From NCBI GenBank assembly GCA_002633005.1, contig NMRA01000014.1, forward strand, positions 1,088,838-1,152,837: a DNA stretch of 64,000 bases, in the 5' to 3' direction. This document shows, one piece after another, positions 24,881 to 38,400 of the stretch. The notes below the pieces were generated by a model. It was not told where the DNA came from and did not search any database. It saw only the letters and a program-made list of their open reading frames with translations. The first letter of the stretch is position 1. Each line of letters begins with the position of its first letter. Position numbers and translations under genes: made by a program. This DNA is from Phoronis australis (Eukaryota > Animalia > Phoronida).

Positions 24881-27800
24881 TTACTCCTGTTTCACAGACT
24901 GCCTTCCTCCAATTACCTTCTTCCTCTGTCCCAGCATGTGGAAGTAAAGCTGAGGAAACACTGAAACAACAATAGTTTGGTAAGAAACTCGCTTCATCTG
25001 CTCAAACAATTCTGTCACAGCGTACTTGCTAAATGGTGAATTTAGACGTTTAATATTCAACAACAGCAATTCCATTAGTCAACAACATCTTCGTTGATGA
25101 TTTAGGGAAACCTCTTTAACCATGGCAACGAAATTACTGAGTATTTATTTGCATAAAAAGGATGTTCACATCTAGATGCGAATTCGTAACATCAGTGGGA
25201 CTTTTATCCAGAAATAATTTTTTGAACACTGCTGCCACCAAAATGTAGAAAACTATCTTTGGACTTTTGAAAAAAATAATATAATGAAGATCATTGAAGA
25301 GGTCAGATCAATAGATCAATAGGGAGGTGGATAACAAAAAATGAAATGATCACGATAAACTCATAACGACTCAAATTAGTCTGAAAAAGTGCAGGCGCCA
25401 TCATTTCCATCAAAGTAAGCTATCTACCAAATTTCATGACGATCCCTTAAGGGGGTTTATAGCTGCAAATGATGAACTCCCATTGGATGGAGCTGACAAC
25501 ACGCACTAAAATAAACGTATTAAATGCATCAGAGGCGTATAAAATGTGTTAACTGATCATTACCTGGGATGTAACTCAGCATTATGAAGACGAGGAAATA
25601 CGCAAAATCAAACGAGAAGTTGAGCTTGTTTGGAAGGTAAAAGCCGTATAACTTGGTCTTGTTCACGTGGGGCAGGACAGCGTATATAGTCAAGAGCTCA
25701 CCCTGTCAAGGAGAAAAGAAATAAGAACAAGGCTGATGAGTTTTCAGGCATTCGAACAAACCAGTTCCAGAAGGTAAACATGTGAGAGTTTATGACGTAT
25801 TTGTCAATGAACTTGAGAAACACTCAAATGAAAGAGAAATGCCCCAACTTGAGAAACATTCTGTAAAAGCAAAAGAATGCTCCAACTTGAGTAATGCTCA
25901 AATGAAAGCAAAAAGAGTGCTCCAACTTGAGAAACTCTAAGCAAAATAATGCTCCAACTTGAAAAATGGTTGACAAATGAAAGCAATATAATGTTCCAAC
26001 TAGGACAACTGTACGAAGAACAGGGCAATGGTACAACATTGAGACCCATATCACATTAACTGAGATTTCATAATTAAGGCAAAAACACTTACTTTGTGTC
26101 CACATGTTTTGTTTTGGTATCACATCCACACATGCTAATTTGACAATAAATGCGCAACATTTTCTTTAGGTTTTCAAAAAGGTTCCTGTCCCATCTACAC
26201 TAATGACATGATGCTATCGGTTTAATTACATTTCCTAGTTGATATTTTGGCACTTATCTCCCAGTAGGGGGACTTTTTGTACACTTCATAATCAGCGGTT
26301 GGAAGTTTTCAGTTAAACAACGACAATACTCAAATCAAAAACTATTTTACTTACAGACACCCCAACTGGATACAAAATGATGAAAAAAGTATATCTGAAA
26401 AAGTGCAAAACAAATAATAAAATAAAAACAAAAAATAAGTTTAAAATCAATTGTTATGTTAAAAAAGTTCAACAGTTGAGATGTTTCGATCCACACTCCA
26501 GCTTGGCGAACAATCGTTCCACATTTAAGTGTCCTGCATTACGACATATTTGATTGAAGACATGAGTGAACTTTGTGGCGCACACCTTGATATAAACTCA
26601 CTCATACTCTATACAATTTCTGACCTTCTGGTGTGCAGTCGCAAAGCAAATTGCTTATCAAAAAAGATTCCAGTCATGAAAAACCTGGTGTGTAGAATGA
26701 GCAGCTCACAGGTGTTCACCGCACACTGGCTCTGTTCCATTAGGTGTTCACCGCCCACTGACTCTGTTCCATTAGGTGTTCACCACACACTGACTCTGTT
26801 CCATTAGGTTTATGGGCTTCCTGACATGTGCTGCATTCACAGTCTCTGATTCTATGCCCTTCCACCTGCCGTCACAGTAAATTTCGCTTCCATCGCACTC
26901 AATTACCAAGTGCCTGAGGATGAGGTGCATGCTCTACGCTACTACTTTAACTTGTTTGCTTGTAACGTTTATTGACAATTTGCTTTACAACTGCACATTG
27001 GAAGCAATTGTTCAGAGGGTATGAGTCCCTGTACATGAAGCTGTCGACAGAAAGTTCAGTCATGTCTTCAATCAACTTCGTGTTAATGAAGGGCTGCTGC
27101 TAAACCTATGGAAACAATGGACACTTTACACACAATAAAAAGCTGACTCATGTCCATCCAAGTGTACAGATTTATGGGATATTCCACCATCACACCACCT
27201 GGTGACAAGACATTCTTTCATACTTCAGTGCCTATATAACATAATTTTAAACCAGTCTAAAAATTGTTCTATCTGCAATGGTCACCATAGCTAGAGAGCT
27301 CACCTGCACCACTGTATGAAGTAGGGCACCTGGCCAACTAAAGCTAAGGCATAAAAACTGTAACGAATCATCTCGGTGATTGTCCAAGCCAGAATAAACA
27401 TGGTGACAGAGACATTCACCTGAACCTGCAACATAGAGCACAATACTTGAGTTACTGTGACCAAATATCACACATTCCCTTCATTAGAACAAGTAAATAA
27501 ACAGTACGATATCCACAATGACAGTACTGGCAGGTGAACACGTAAAGGTTGATTGAATAAAGCTTCCCACATTTTCTGTAGTGGACCAATTGGGGCCCAC
27601 CTATGTGAGTTCACAGGTATATTCAGTATTTCTCAAGTAGAACAAGCAATCACTGGCAAAAAGCTAACTTGAGGAAAAGCATTTTGTTGTTCACTGAGAA
27701 TTAGAAGATAAAAATCTGATTCTACAGTGAATAAGCATTGGGATGATGACAGCAAAATTTATTAAGTAAAAAGTGATACAACTCAAAAACAACTAACAAC

Positions 27801-29105
27801 ATTTTATGCTCCATTGTTTACCTGAGGTACGCTGTTTGTTACTGCCCAAACAAGAAAAACTCGGGAAAACACCTGTGTAGCTGTTAGCACAACACCAGAC
27901 GGAACCAGGCCAACTGCACAGTGAACTATCTACAAACAAGAAAACAACATTATTACAGTATGTTTTGTGATATAGAGATGTCGAAGTAGGAAGAGGAGCA
28001 ACTAAACGACAAGAACCTTTCTTGTGTTTTCCGATAAATAATATTTAAAAACAGTGACTAAGTGCCCATTCAATTGAGAAATCTCTGTTAAGGTAATGGT
28101 CTACCTCTGGAAAGTCCTTACACATTCATGTTGGAATAATTATCGTACGCAGGGAACCATGTCTCAAGATATTATACATTGGAGTCTCTTTTCAAAATAT
28201 CTTCAAAAGAATTGTTCAAATAAAAAATCGAAAATGCCATTCCCTCGGATGTTATTCTTTAAGTTAGTAATTTATCTTAAGGTTAGGCCAAAAAGCATGT
28301 TAATTCTGTCTGATTTTTTTTGAAAATGTTGAGTTGCTGATACAGTATTTTTTAGTTACTCACTTTTAAGAAAAGCCACCAAAACGAACAAAAACAAAGC
28401 ATTATTTTTCACTCATTCCTTGGCATATCATGGCGCTACAAGTCTTGCTTAGGTGTCTTTGTGTAGCTTTTCAAAAACACAGGAACTATTCTGAAACTGA
28501 TGTAGGTGGCATTTTTTCAGTGAGCGCAGGCCTCAAAATGAGTCGGGAAAGAACGAACACTGTTTTGGCCTTATCTACATCATTACAAATTAGTTGTGGA
28601 AGCAAACTCACCTCTAGAACAGCAGCTGTCTGGAATACTTTAAGGAGAACTTCGGCAGTTTTAAAGACTCCAGCGGTGCTTTCTGTTTTGAGGATATGTT
28701 GTAAAACTAATCCAAATATTGCAGTCCATCTTAAAGCAAAGAAAAAAATTCTACATAAATTCCCAATGAAATGCACAGGGATGAAACACATTACACTTTA
28801 AATTTCCTACAATTTTAAAATTGCAAAAATAATGATTCGATAAAAATAATTAGCTAAAATAAACGTGTTACGTTTCTGTTCTGATACCCGGCGAATCCCG
28901 GTAACTCATGCTTTAAGAGTTTAGACCAGGCATGTAGTCGACCCAGTCAAAACTTGTGTTGTCCTCTTAAAGGGATGTCTCTGAATATAAAATGAGTTAG
29001 AAAGAGCACCACTCACCCAACTACTTGAGCTAAATTGTAAAACAGTAAATAACCGGTCCCCAATATCCCGGGTTTCTTTGACATCTTCTCGCTGCGAGCC
29101 GCCAT
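24881..29105 (-). CDS. HACD2: Very-long-chain (3R)-3-hydroxyacyl-CoA dehydratase, PTPLA family (HACD1/HACD2-like), 231 aa
   Basis: Exons 29105-29017, 28729-28612, 27929-27822, 27425-27304, 26394-26355, 25702-25564, 24960-24881 (TAA); 696 nt, GT-AG with matching phases. Motifs [77 protein letters not shown]1 vs HACD2 cannot be resolved. Confidence 0.95.
25808..26002. repeat. Degenerate ~32-35-bp tandem repeat in HACD intron
   Basis: Recurrent core aatgctccaacttgag followed by ...aaatgaaagcaaaa. Confidence 0.7.
26710..26808. repeat. 32-bp minisatellite, 3 copies
   Basis: Unit aggtgttcaccgcacactgactctgttccatt. Confidence 0.85.
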
Positions 29106-29464
29106 TTTGTAAGTCACGTGACTGTTTTAGTAGTCTTGTAGGAAATGAGTTAATGTTATTTTAAACTGCAGTGTAAAGTTCAAACTATATCTATATTTAT
29201 AAGATATGCTTATTAATCTATAAAATTTGTTTATTAATACATTTTTTACCTAATTCAAATTATTAATTACTTTAGGTTTGAGAGTTATTTTGATCACGTG
29301 CTTCACCGGGGCGACGGCAGGTTGTTGTGTCATCAATGTTCCTTTCATGTTTTACAATAGATTATTCACATCTGTGAGAAGTGTCGAGTGAACTGTATTG
29401 TGATCGCGTTATCCTTACGAATTAGGCAACTTGTTTACAAGAAGAAAACGAAAAAACAATCAGG
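29098..29464. promoter_or_regulatory. Bidirectional promoter between HACD and ERICH3-like
   Basis: Start codons are 360 bp apart and divergent. YY1-type GCCGCCATTTTG overlaps the HACD ATG; palindromic GTCACGTGAC (E-box/CLEAR) at 29113-29122; second CACGTG near 29295; TAGGCAAC (RFX half-site-like) next to TGTTTAC (Fox) at 29423-29438. Confidence 0.6.
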
Positions 29465-32400
29465 ATGAGCCACATTGATCCTGGGTAAGTTCAAAAACGC
29501 TAGTTAATTACACGTACCACAATTTGATCTTTATATTGAAGTAGACTACAATGTTGTGAGCGTTGTGTGTAGCTTACGTCCGCCATAGCTTCAGTCGTCA
29601 TGAATTAGTGAACAACATGCAGGATATTGAATATTGATCAAGTAGCAGATAAGCATACAATGCCACTGTCATCTTTACGGCGGATGAAGCTGCATTGTGA
29701 TTTGTTTAGTTTGGATTTTTCAAAATTCATTCTGGCAATCTATGTCAATAATATTAGAACACAAAAAGGTTTATTAATTAGTCTGAGTTATAAGGCAGTG
29801 GTGATGCCTCAAAATGGTTTGCAGTTTGTCTCTTAATGCCCCTGTCATTTAATGATCTTGGCTATCCAGTACACTGAACTATGAAACTTTCTTAACTTGT
29901 GACTCAATTAGTTATAGTACGTCCATTTGCACATTTATAACCTCACTTCCACTGACTTTGTGCTAAGATGTCTTATTGTTTTAAAATTAATTTATCATAT
30001 TCAACTGTCCTTGCTGAAAGTAATACGTAGGTCATGTGCATAGACAGTAAAAGTGTTCATTTACAATTATTTTGTTGGGCTTTGTATTAAACAGACCTAT
30101 CCTATAGCAGACATTGATTTAATATGGGCTTCATGCAATCAATCAATTGAACTGCACTGTGGTTGACAGGCATATCTCTATGACCCCATGGATATATCCA
30201 AGCATTGATTTATTTGCTACTTTCACTAATACATCACTATTGGAAATCAATTTGCAGCGTTGCAAGTAGAATATGTAGTTGCTATGATATTTCGTTACCG
30301 ATTTTTTTTTCTGCATTTGAGTGTTAATTAAATCTGGAATTTCAAATTTATATTGATAGTCCGTGTGTATATTACAGAATTTCATGCTAATTAGTTAGGT
30401 ATGTAGTCTGGTTTTATCTACACATTTAGCTTAGGCCTATTAACCAAACTACAACTTAGAACAAAAAAAAATTACAATTTGTTATTTATACATCATGCAG
30501 ATGCATCATTGATGTATGGTCAAATTTTCTTATGATGCATTATTTCAAAATGAAAAGATCAAAGTATTGTTGCATCAGTATCTTTATTCGCAATGACTAA
30601 TGTTTTTCAATGTAATCAATTTCAGACCACTGGCTACTTATAACAGTTTGCTAGATAAACATCTAGCTCACTATTTCAACAACACTCGCATGAAAAGGCA
30701 CCTAAAGAAGTCAGGTCTTGTAAGTATCTTCACATGAAAATACAGTCTTTTACTTCAGTCAATTTTGGTTTAATATCAACATGATCCAAAATGTTTCAAT
30801 TAAAAAATTAATGTTATGACCTTAAATAACGGACGATTTATTAATAGTTATCATTTTTATAACTGTGTTTCGTGTATTTCAGTTTATTGCAGATAAGTAA
30901 TGTTAATAGTCGCTTACAAGAATCTGATTTTGAGAACCAGATGCCTGTCCTTTAGTGGAGAAAACTTGTTCTCAAAATGCAGGGACCCCTCAAAGTGACT
31001 ATTACTGGCAATAGTTTTATTTAAAACTTTTACTACCGTATAGCTGAATAAAATAAATTGTTTTGGACTTTGTAAAAAGCGGTAATCATTATGTGCGTGT
31101 TATCACACTAGGTGACTAGGCGGGGTCATGTGGTGTCAGAGTCTACATTCCGCCTGAATATGGCTCAGAAAGAACACAAAAAGCACGTGAGAGATCTGCT
31201 CGCTCAGGCGATCGTTCACAAAACATTGGACATGGAAAGACATCGACAAGTGGATATCAGGAAAAAGTTGGAGGAAATTGCAAAAATCGAACTAGTCAGG
31301 CGTGTCAGAGTAAGTTCAGGAGGTGTTTGATGGAATTGTTTACTAAACTGTTTGTCAGCCTTGTGTACTATGAAAGCCTGAAGGGGTCTTGGCTTTGTTT
31401 TCGTTACTCTAAACGTATGACTGAGCATTTACTGTCTGGTCAAGTTTAGTTTCAAAATAATATTGATGTCACTTTCAGCTTAAGCTGAGCTTAATTTGAC
31501 TGCTAAATACTTATTAATTTGTGGTTTGTCCAAAAGCTCTTTAGTAAACTACCTTTGATGGAGTTTGAAAAGAAAATATTTACCGGTAGTACATTAATTA
31601 TTACGTAAATTCTCAAGCATTATTACCATTTTCTTGTCACCAATTTTTCTTTCAGTTTCAACAAGATTGTATAATGCTGTTCTATGTTAAGCCTGGGTTT
31701 GTTTACAGTCTCTAAATCCTATTCTTAATGTTAGTGTATGTATTTTTGATTATCTCTGTGTCAAGGTGTGATCAATTAGATATTGAGTTACTAACCCAAA
31801 ACATAGTGTAATAAACATTGACTTGTGTCCTCACAACAGGCTGACAAGGCTAAGAAGAGGGAGCACCAGATTTTGACCTTTTTCAATCCCAGAATTCCCA
31901 AACGTCACTACAAAAAGCCAGAGGCTCAGAATTCTTGGACACAGGCGGTGGCTAACTCGGATGAAGAAGATGATGAGGACTATAAGTTTGGTCCACTCTT
32001 TGCTGCTGTTGACGAGGGCGCACGAGTACGATGATTGTCTGCCTTCTTTTGTTTTTTCCTTATGTTTTTCAGGACTTGCACATTGATGCTTGCGGAGCCT
32101 CACGCTGCCATCACTTAGTGTTATTTTATTTTATCTTCTCTCACCTTTGTCATTTTACAGCCAGTCGATGAGTCACCTGTGTGCCTGTTCTGTTTGTTCA
32201 GTTGTAGTCATAGTTATGTTTTTGGTGAGCGTGTTATTTTTGTTGCACACAACCACCTTTGTTTGTAAATATATAGACGCTAAGGTTGGCCAATAGTGAA
32301 ATATATCAAATAAATACAGAAAAAACAGGAGCCTCAATTGGGAATTGAGCCACAGGTCTCTAGATTGCCGGCTGCAAACAGTCATTGCACGATATCGGGT

Positions 32401-35400
32401 CCTCAGTAGCTCAGAGGTAAGAGCACTAGATCAACAATCTAGAGACCTGTGGTTTGATTCCCAGTTGGGGTTCCTGATTTTTCTGTGTTTGTTTGATACC
32501 TTTGTTTGTTGTTGCTTGTCGTTTTCTATTTCTTCTGTGGTGAACTTCTTTAAGAATATTTTCATTCATTTCAACATTGTCAGCAACAGGAGAATAGACT
32601 GAAATGTGTTTTGGATTCAATTTTCCTGCAACATCACTGCCATTTTACAAATTAAAGATAGTCTGATGTAAAAGGTTTATCATACATAATCAAACTGTCC
32701 TCATTAGGTATATTTTCAAAATGCATTATGGTCTAGTTCATTTCCTGATGCTGACCAATACATATATGCATGTTATGTGCTAATACCGTAACTAACAGTT
32801 GTTGCTAGCTGGGCCTCTTAGTCTATTGGATCTGTGAAATTTAGTCACGTTTTCTGCTATTCTTTTTTCTAGGCCGAACGTGCAAGAAAGGGAGATGAAG
32901 AGGTTTTACCGTACTTGTCACCACGGAGTCAGAATAAAAATGGCAAGGGGAAACAACGACCTAGTTCCAGTAAAGCTGCTTCTAAAGGTCAAATGGTTGC
33001 AAAAGGCAAAGGTCAACAACACGGTCGCCCCGTCAGTGCTCCGAATAGCACAGAAGAGCAATATGATCACCCTAACTATGTAAGTTGTAAGGCAACCAGC
33101 CAGGCTATTCAAGTTGATTTAAAATTTTAACACTGGTCATTTATTGGTGAGTTGCAGCTTCGTAGAAATGACACTGTCCAGCCGTTTCTCTGTCAGCCTT
33201 ATCTCTTCTAACTGTGCCAACCCTTTCTCTACCAACCCTATCTCTACCAACCCTATCTCTACCAACCCTATCTCTCTGCTGGCCCCGTCTCTAGCAGCTC
33301 CCTAATCTCTGCCAACTCTATATCTTCCAAGCCAATATGTACATAGGCGGATTTACGGGGGGCAGGGAGCCCGGGCCTTCGCTGCCGCAATCAAAATGAA
33401 ACAGCAACAGCGTGAAGCGTGAGGAAATATTGAGGTCAGTAACTAGGACCTGTAGCTTATGGGGGGGGCCAGGGGCTCAGACCCCAGATCGCAGCGGAAT
33501 CGTGTTCTCGTTTTTTTTTATTCCACCGATAAATTTTCTGAACAGAAGGTCCATATCCCTGGCCTGAGCACATACAATCGCGCTTTGCCCAATTCCCCGA
33601 GGTAACATGTTGCCCCCCCCATGGTATCCTAGATCAGCCACTGATGTACCACCCCTATCTCTGCCAATTCTATCTCTCTCTAACCCATTTCTACCTGCCC
33701 TATACCTCTGCCAACTCTGTCTCTAACAGTTATGCCTGCCATATCTCTTCCAACCCTGTTTCTGCCAATCTCTGAACAGTTTTGGTTTGTTTTACACAGG
33801 GAACCAATGTCAGACAGATCTGGGTCGATGCTGATGGAAACCCCATCAACCCTGATGAACTTCGACCTCCATATGTGGACTCCGACGATGAGAATTACCG
33901 TGAAGAGAAACAGCGTGGGAATCTGAGTGATTTCACGGATGCCACCAACTCGCGTCGTAGTTCTTTCAGCTCGGGTAGTTATCGCTCTGACTCACCGACT
34001 CCACGTAAGGGTGACAAAGGAAACAAGAAGTCTGTGAGGAAACCTCGCCCACCGAGTCAGCCGTATGATAAGAACAGCCCTTATCTTGAGAACCAGGCGG
34101 GAGGCGCCTACACACCGCCCCACAGACGCATGCACTCTGGTCAGAACTCTGTGGACTCCACTCCGCGCCGCTTCAGGCCAGCCAGTCAAGCCCATGAGCC
34201 TAGAATTGGCTCTCCAGGTGGTCAAGCCTTTCAGCATGGAAGTGACTCTCCAGGTTATCAAAGTCAGGGGACACCTGCTTCACCACCCCAATATCCACAG
34301 GATGAAATTGATTCAAGGAACTTGTACTCGGTAAAATTGATGTGTTTAGTTATTTCATGTTCTTATTGAATTTCTTTGCAAACATTTTTAAGAGTCCAGT
34401 CTGCATGCCACCTATTGGTCACCTCATGAGGTGACCAATAGGTGGCAGACTGGACTCTTAAAAATGTTTGCAATCTATATTCCCACTAATATCGGTGTGG
34501 GTACATATGCATTTTAAAGATTACAATCATTTCAGGGTATGTCCACGTAATGGCCAAGTTTTTACGACACCTATTTTATTGTTAACAGCTACAATCGAAC
34601 CAGTTAAACAATCCCTGTTCAGAACGTTAACACTGATATAACATACAAGTCTTAATTTTACCTGATACATGTAAGTCTACCCTGGTTACAACAAACTGTT
34701 TTTATAACGTGCTGATTTCGAAAGTCCCTTGATGAACTGTGTAAAAAGGTTCAACTGTACATGATGAAACCAAAACTTGTCTAACTGAATAACATTTTGC
34801 TTGTAGCTGGACAACACAGCACTCCGTGAGTACACGATGCAGGTGGAGGCTGACGGCCAGGGCAAGGTTTCGCCCAACCCTTACACAAGGAGTGTGTTCC
34901 CACCACATGTACCCTCGCCACCTAAGGGAACACCCAAGCGCTCTCCCAGAGGCAACAAACCGTCACCCAAGACGCAAAAAGCAAAACCTGAACCAACTGA
35001 TGAAAGTGCTAAAAAGAAGAACTTGGTAAATAGACTGGCATCTTATTGAGCTGGTTGTAATCATGTAAACGTGCAACGATACACTGCTGTAAATGTTCAC
35101 AATTAGCTTATTTGTATGTACTGCTGTCTTATTGAGCTGATTGTTATCATGTAAACATGCAACAATATGCTTCTGTAAATGTTCACAGTTAGCATTTCCC
35201 TGTGTTTATACTCCAAAGCAATTCTATTGAGGTTTGTAATGCCTACTTGTTGTTTTACAGGGAACACTAATGTTACATCGCACTGAGCCAGCGTTCAAAT
35301 TACAACACCAGCTGCAGTCATTCTGTGAAGTGACCATCCATTACCATGGAAGTAATGTGAAGATTGAACACGAGGTTCAGAATCCCTACCATGAAATAGT

Positions 35401-38400
35401 AGTGGAACAACAGCACTGTGGTGGCAACACATTAGCAGTGTTCAGAGAGGGCGTCCTGCCAGACAGTAAGTCACCTTCTTTCTTCAGTAACTGTTCTTCG
35501 GATCTTGTTTTCATTATTTTTATTTACTTGTAAATACTTTGTGGACTCTTGGTAATAGGTCTGTATTAGTGTGTAATATAAGAATCGGCATCTTAAAATC
35601 TAATATGGATGCTCAAAATGAGATGGAATTTTTTTCTAAAGACACAGGTCTATAAAATTAATAATGACTAGCCAAATGCACATTGGTCTTAAAGTTGTTT
35701 TTTAATATTGTAAGACATCATATAGGTATTGAAGAGTTTTAATCTGTTTACTTATTCGTTGCAGGTGAGTTTACCTTCATCTCTCGTCGTCACCGTGGTT
35801 ACCCATTTAGCCTGTCTTTCTACATCAATGGTGTCATGGACTTCCGCCTGAGTACTTGCTGTGAGTACAAACACACAGCTGGGGCCAAGCTGGGTGGTAA
35901 ACAAGGACACTTTAGCGTCGTTAGTATTGAAGGAGGGCAGATGTGTTACAGGTACGTTTACAGCAACAGGAAGTCCAACTTCTCTCACTTTGCACTATTC
36001 CCGTTGATGATGTCAATGTCAAAAAAATAATCAAGTCTATAAAAATGCCTCTATACGTTACATACCAAGCACCTCTCAAATAAATAAACATTTGCCGTTA
36101 AGATAACTTTTTAATTGTGCAGGTGTAAATTGGACGCTGAGGCCAGGGAGAGAGAACGACGAAGGAAAGAGAAGCGCAAAGAGAGAGAACAAGCCAAGAA
36201 GGACAAAGTAAAAACCCAGATGGAGAAGGACCGACCCGAACGCAAGATAAAACCTCCACATCGTAAAGAAGATGTGATGAAGAAGAAGGAAGCAAAGGCC
36301 AATGAGAAAACTGAAGATGAGCGAGAGGCGGAGCTAGCTGCCTTCTCTGACTCCGATACAGAGGAAGTTGGTAATAACCCTCCACCTGAGGAACAGAAAG
36401 GTGAGGCACTCACTGGCTTTAATGGAATTGTCAACCTCAGTATTACCAATGTTTTATCAAATAAGCATTTTTCATCACCAAAATACTTTAATCATCTTTA
36501 GTAGATAATTTTATGTATGGTGTCTTGAAAAATGAACCAGTCAAGACATGTTTTTACTGCTATTTGTTTTTTCAAAAAATGTGTTTGTGTTGATTGTAAA
36601 TTTCTGAGACAAGAGACACATAAACAATTTCAGACATCCACTGGTCTCACCTCCAAATATTGCGGTCCAATATATCCAAACTTTCACGCATTTTTGGGTC
36701 TAATTCAATTTCCTGTAGTTTGTGAGAATAGTACAAAAATCATTTCACTAGCAAGGAACAATGACCTAGTGTTGTGACCTAGTTTTGTGGTACTTTTATA
36801 AATGGAAAATAGTGGAAGATAATCGAGAAGTGAAGTGGATGATATTCCATTTTATAGGTTCATTTCTCACAATTTATCAAAATTTATGCATAAACTCGAT
36901 ATGCATCTTTCATAGTGTGAGTCAAATGGCACCGAAGTGTTGCCTCAGGTTGACACTGTTCATATCATATATAGTTATCATTCTCCCAAATTGAAATTCT
37001 ATGAAGAAGATTTTAAGTTTCGAAAGAAATTACTTTTCTTATCTGAATAAAGTACAACTTTACATTAATGTTAAAACAGTGTTTTCATTCAAAAGTTCAT
37101 CTTTTGTCATTGAAAAAGTCTGAAAACGGGTACTTTGTGAGCATTATTTTTGAACAAGTGTTGTAACCTGTAGATGAAGTGGCAAAATGCTCTTTTGTCA
37201 CCATAAGTTATAAACAGAGACGAAAGGTATTCACAGGTTTTTAGAAACCAAGTTTGTATTAATGAAGGGCTGCCTTTACAAATCTTGAGTGTCAGTTGGT
37301 ATTCTTTACAGAAGAGCCCATTATAGTCCCAGTACAAAACAGTGATGAAAGTGATGCTGAAGGTACAAGCTCAATGTCGTCTGTATCGCTATTTACCCAG
37401 CACCCACCCCCTGTTGTCTGTTAGACTCTTTAGTCAGCACTTGCCCACTTGCCGCAGCTGTTGTCTGTTCTACTCCCTAGCTACTTCTAGGCTGGTTGTC
37501 TGTTCCACTCCCTAGCTACTAATCCTGTTGTCCCACTTCCTAGCCATTACTAGGCCCTGTTGTCTGTTCCACTTCCTAGCCATTACTAGGCCCTAGCTAC
37601 TGTCTGTTCCACTCCCTTGCTACTAACCCTGTTGTCTGTTCCACTCCCTTGCTACTAACCCTGTTGTCTGCTCCACTCCCTTGCTACTAACCCTGTTGTC
37701 TGTTCCACTCCCTTGCTACTAACCCTGTTGTCTGTTCCATTTCCTGGCCACTACTAGCCCTGTAATGTCCCATTCTCTATTTTCTTCTTAAGTGTTTTGT
37801 ATTCTGGATTTTTTTGTATTTTTAATTTTAGTCTATTGAAATAAACTTGTTAAGTTTTAGCTCATAATCCAACAATTTCTTGTTGTAGGAATGATTTAGT
37901 TTAAAATCCGTCAAGGGGTGAAGGGATTACTTGACTATGCCTCTAAATGCCAGATACGATACTGTATACACCAGTACCAAACCAGGAGACACCAAACCAG
38001 TGGTACTATTCCACAGGCCCACTCCTCTGGATTCCACATGTGTGCCGAAAACGCTACACTGACCAAATTCCAGTGTCTTGGACCAGATTTTGACATATAA
38101 TATAATGTTAGGGTCTGCTGGTCTGGTAGTAGGGTGTAGATGATCGTTTATGAAATGTAAAGACATGGCCATCATGTATTGGTATCCATCTCATGAATAC
38201 TATTTGGATGTATTTAGCTATAATGAGATTTGAAAGAAAGTGACCCTTTGTCATCAATATTTCAGAGCCAACATATATTGATGACTTTGAGGAGGAAAAT
38301 GCAAACGGTGAGTGTACCATAATATATCAAACAGTGGGTGCACCATAATATATCAAACAGTGTGTGCACCATAATATATCAAATGATGAGTTTCATAATA

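Noticed and set aside
25808-26002. Repeat with variable inter-core sequence, superficially CRISPR-like (also 37410-37762, 56905-57230)
   Set aside because: Spacers are related to each other, repeats are degenerate, there are no cas genes, and the context is a spliceosomal intron.
32398-32471. Functional tRNA gene (also 12842-12916)
   Set aside because: T-loop deviates from GTTCRA and stems pair poorly; better explained as SINE heads.
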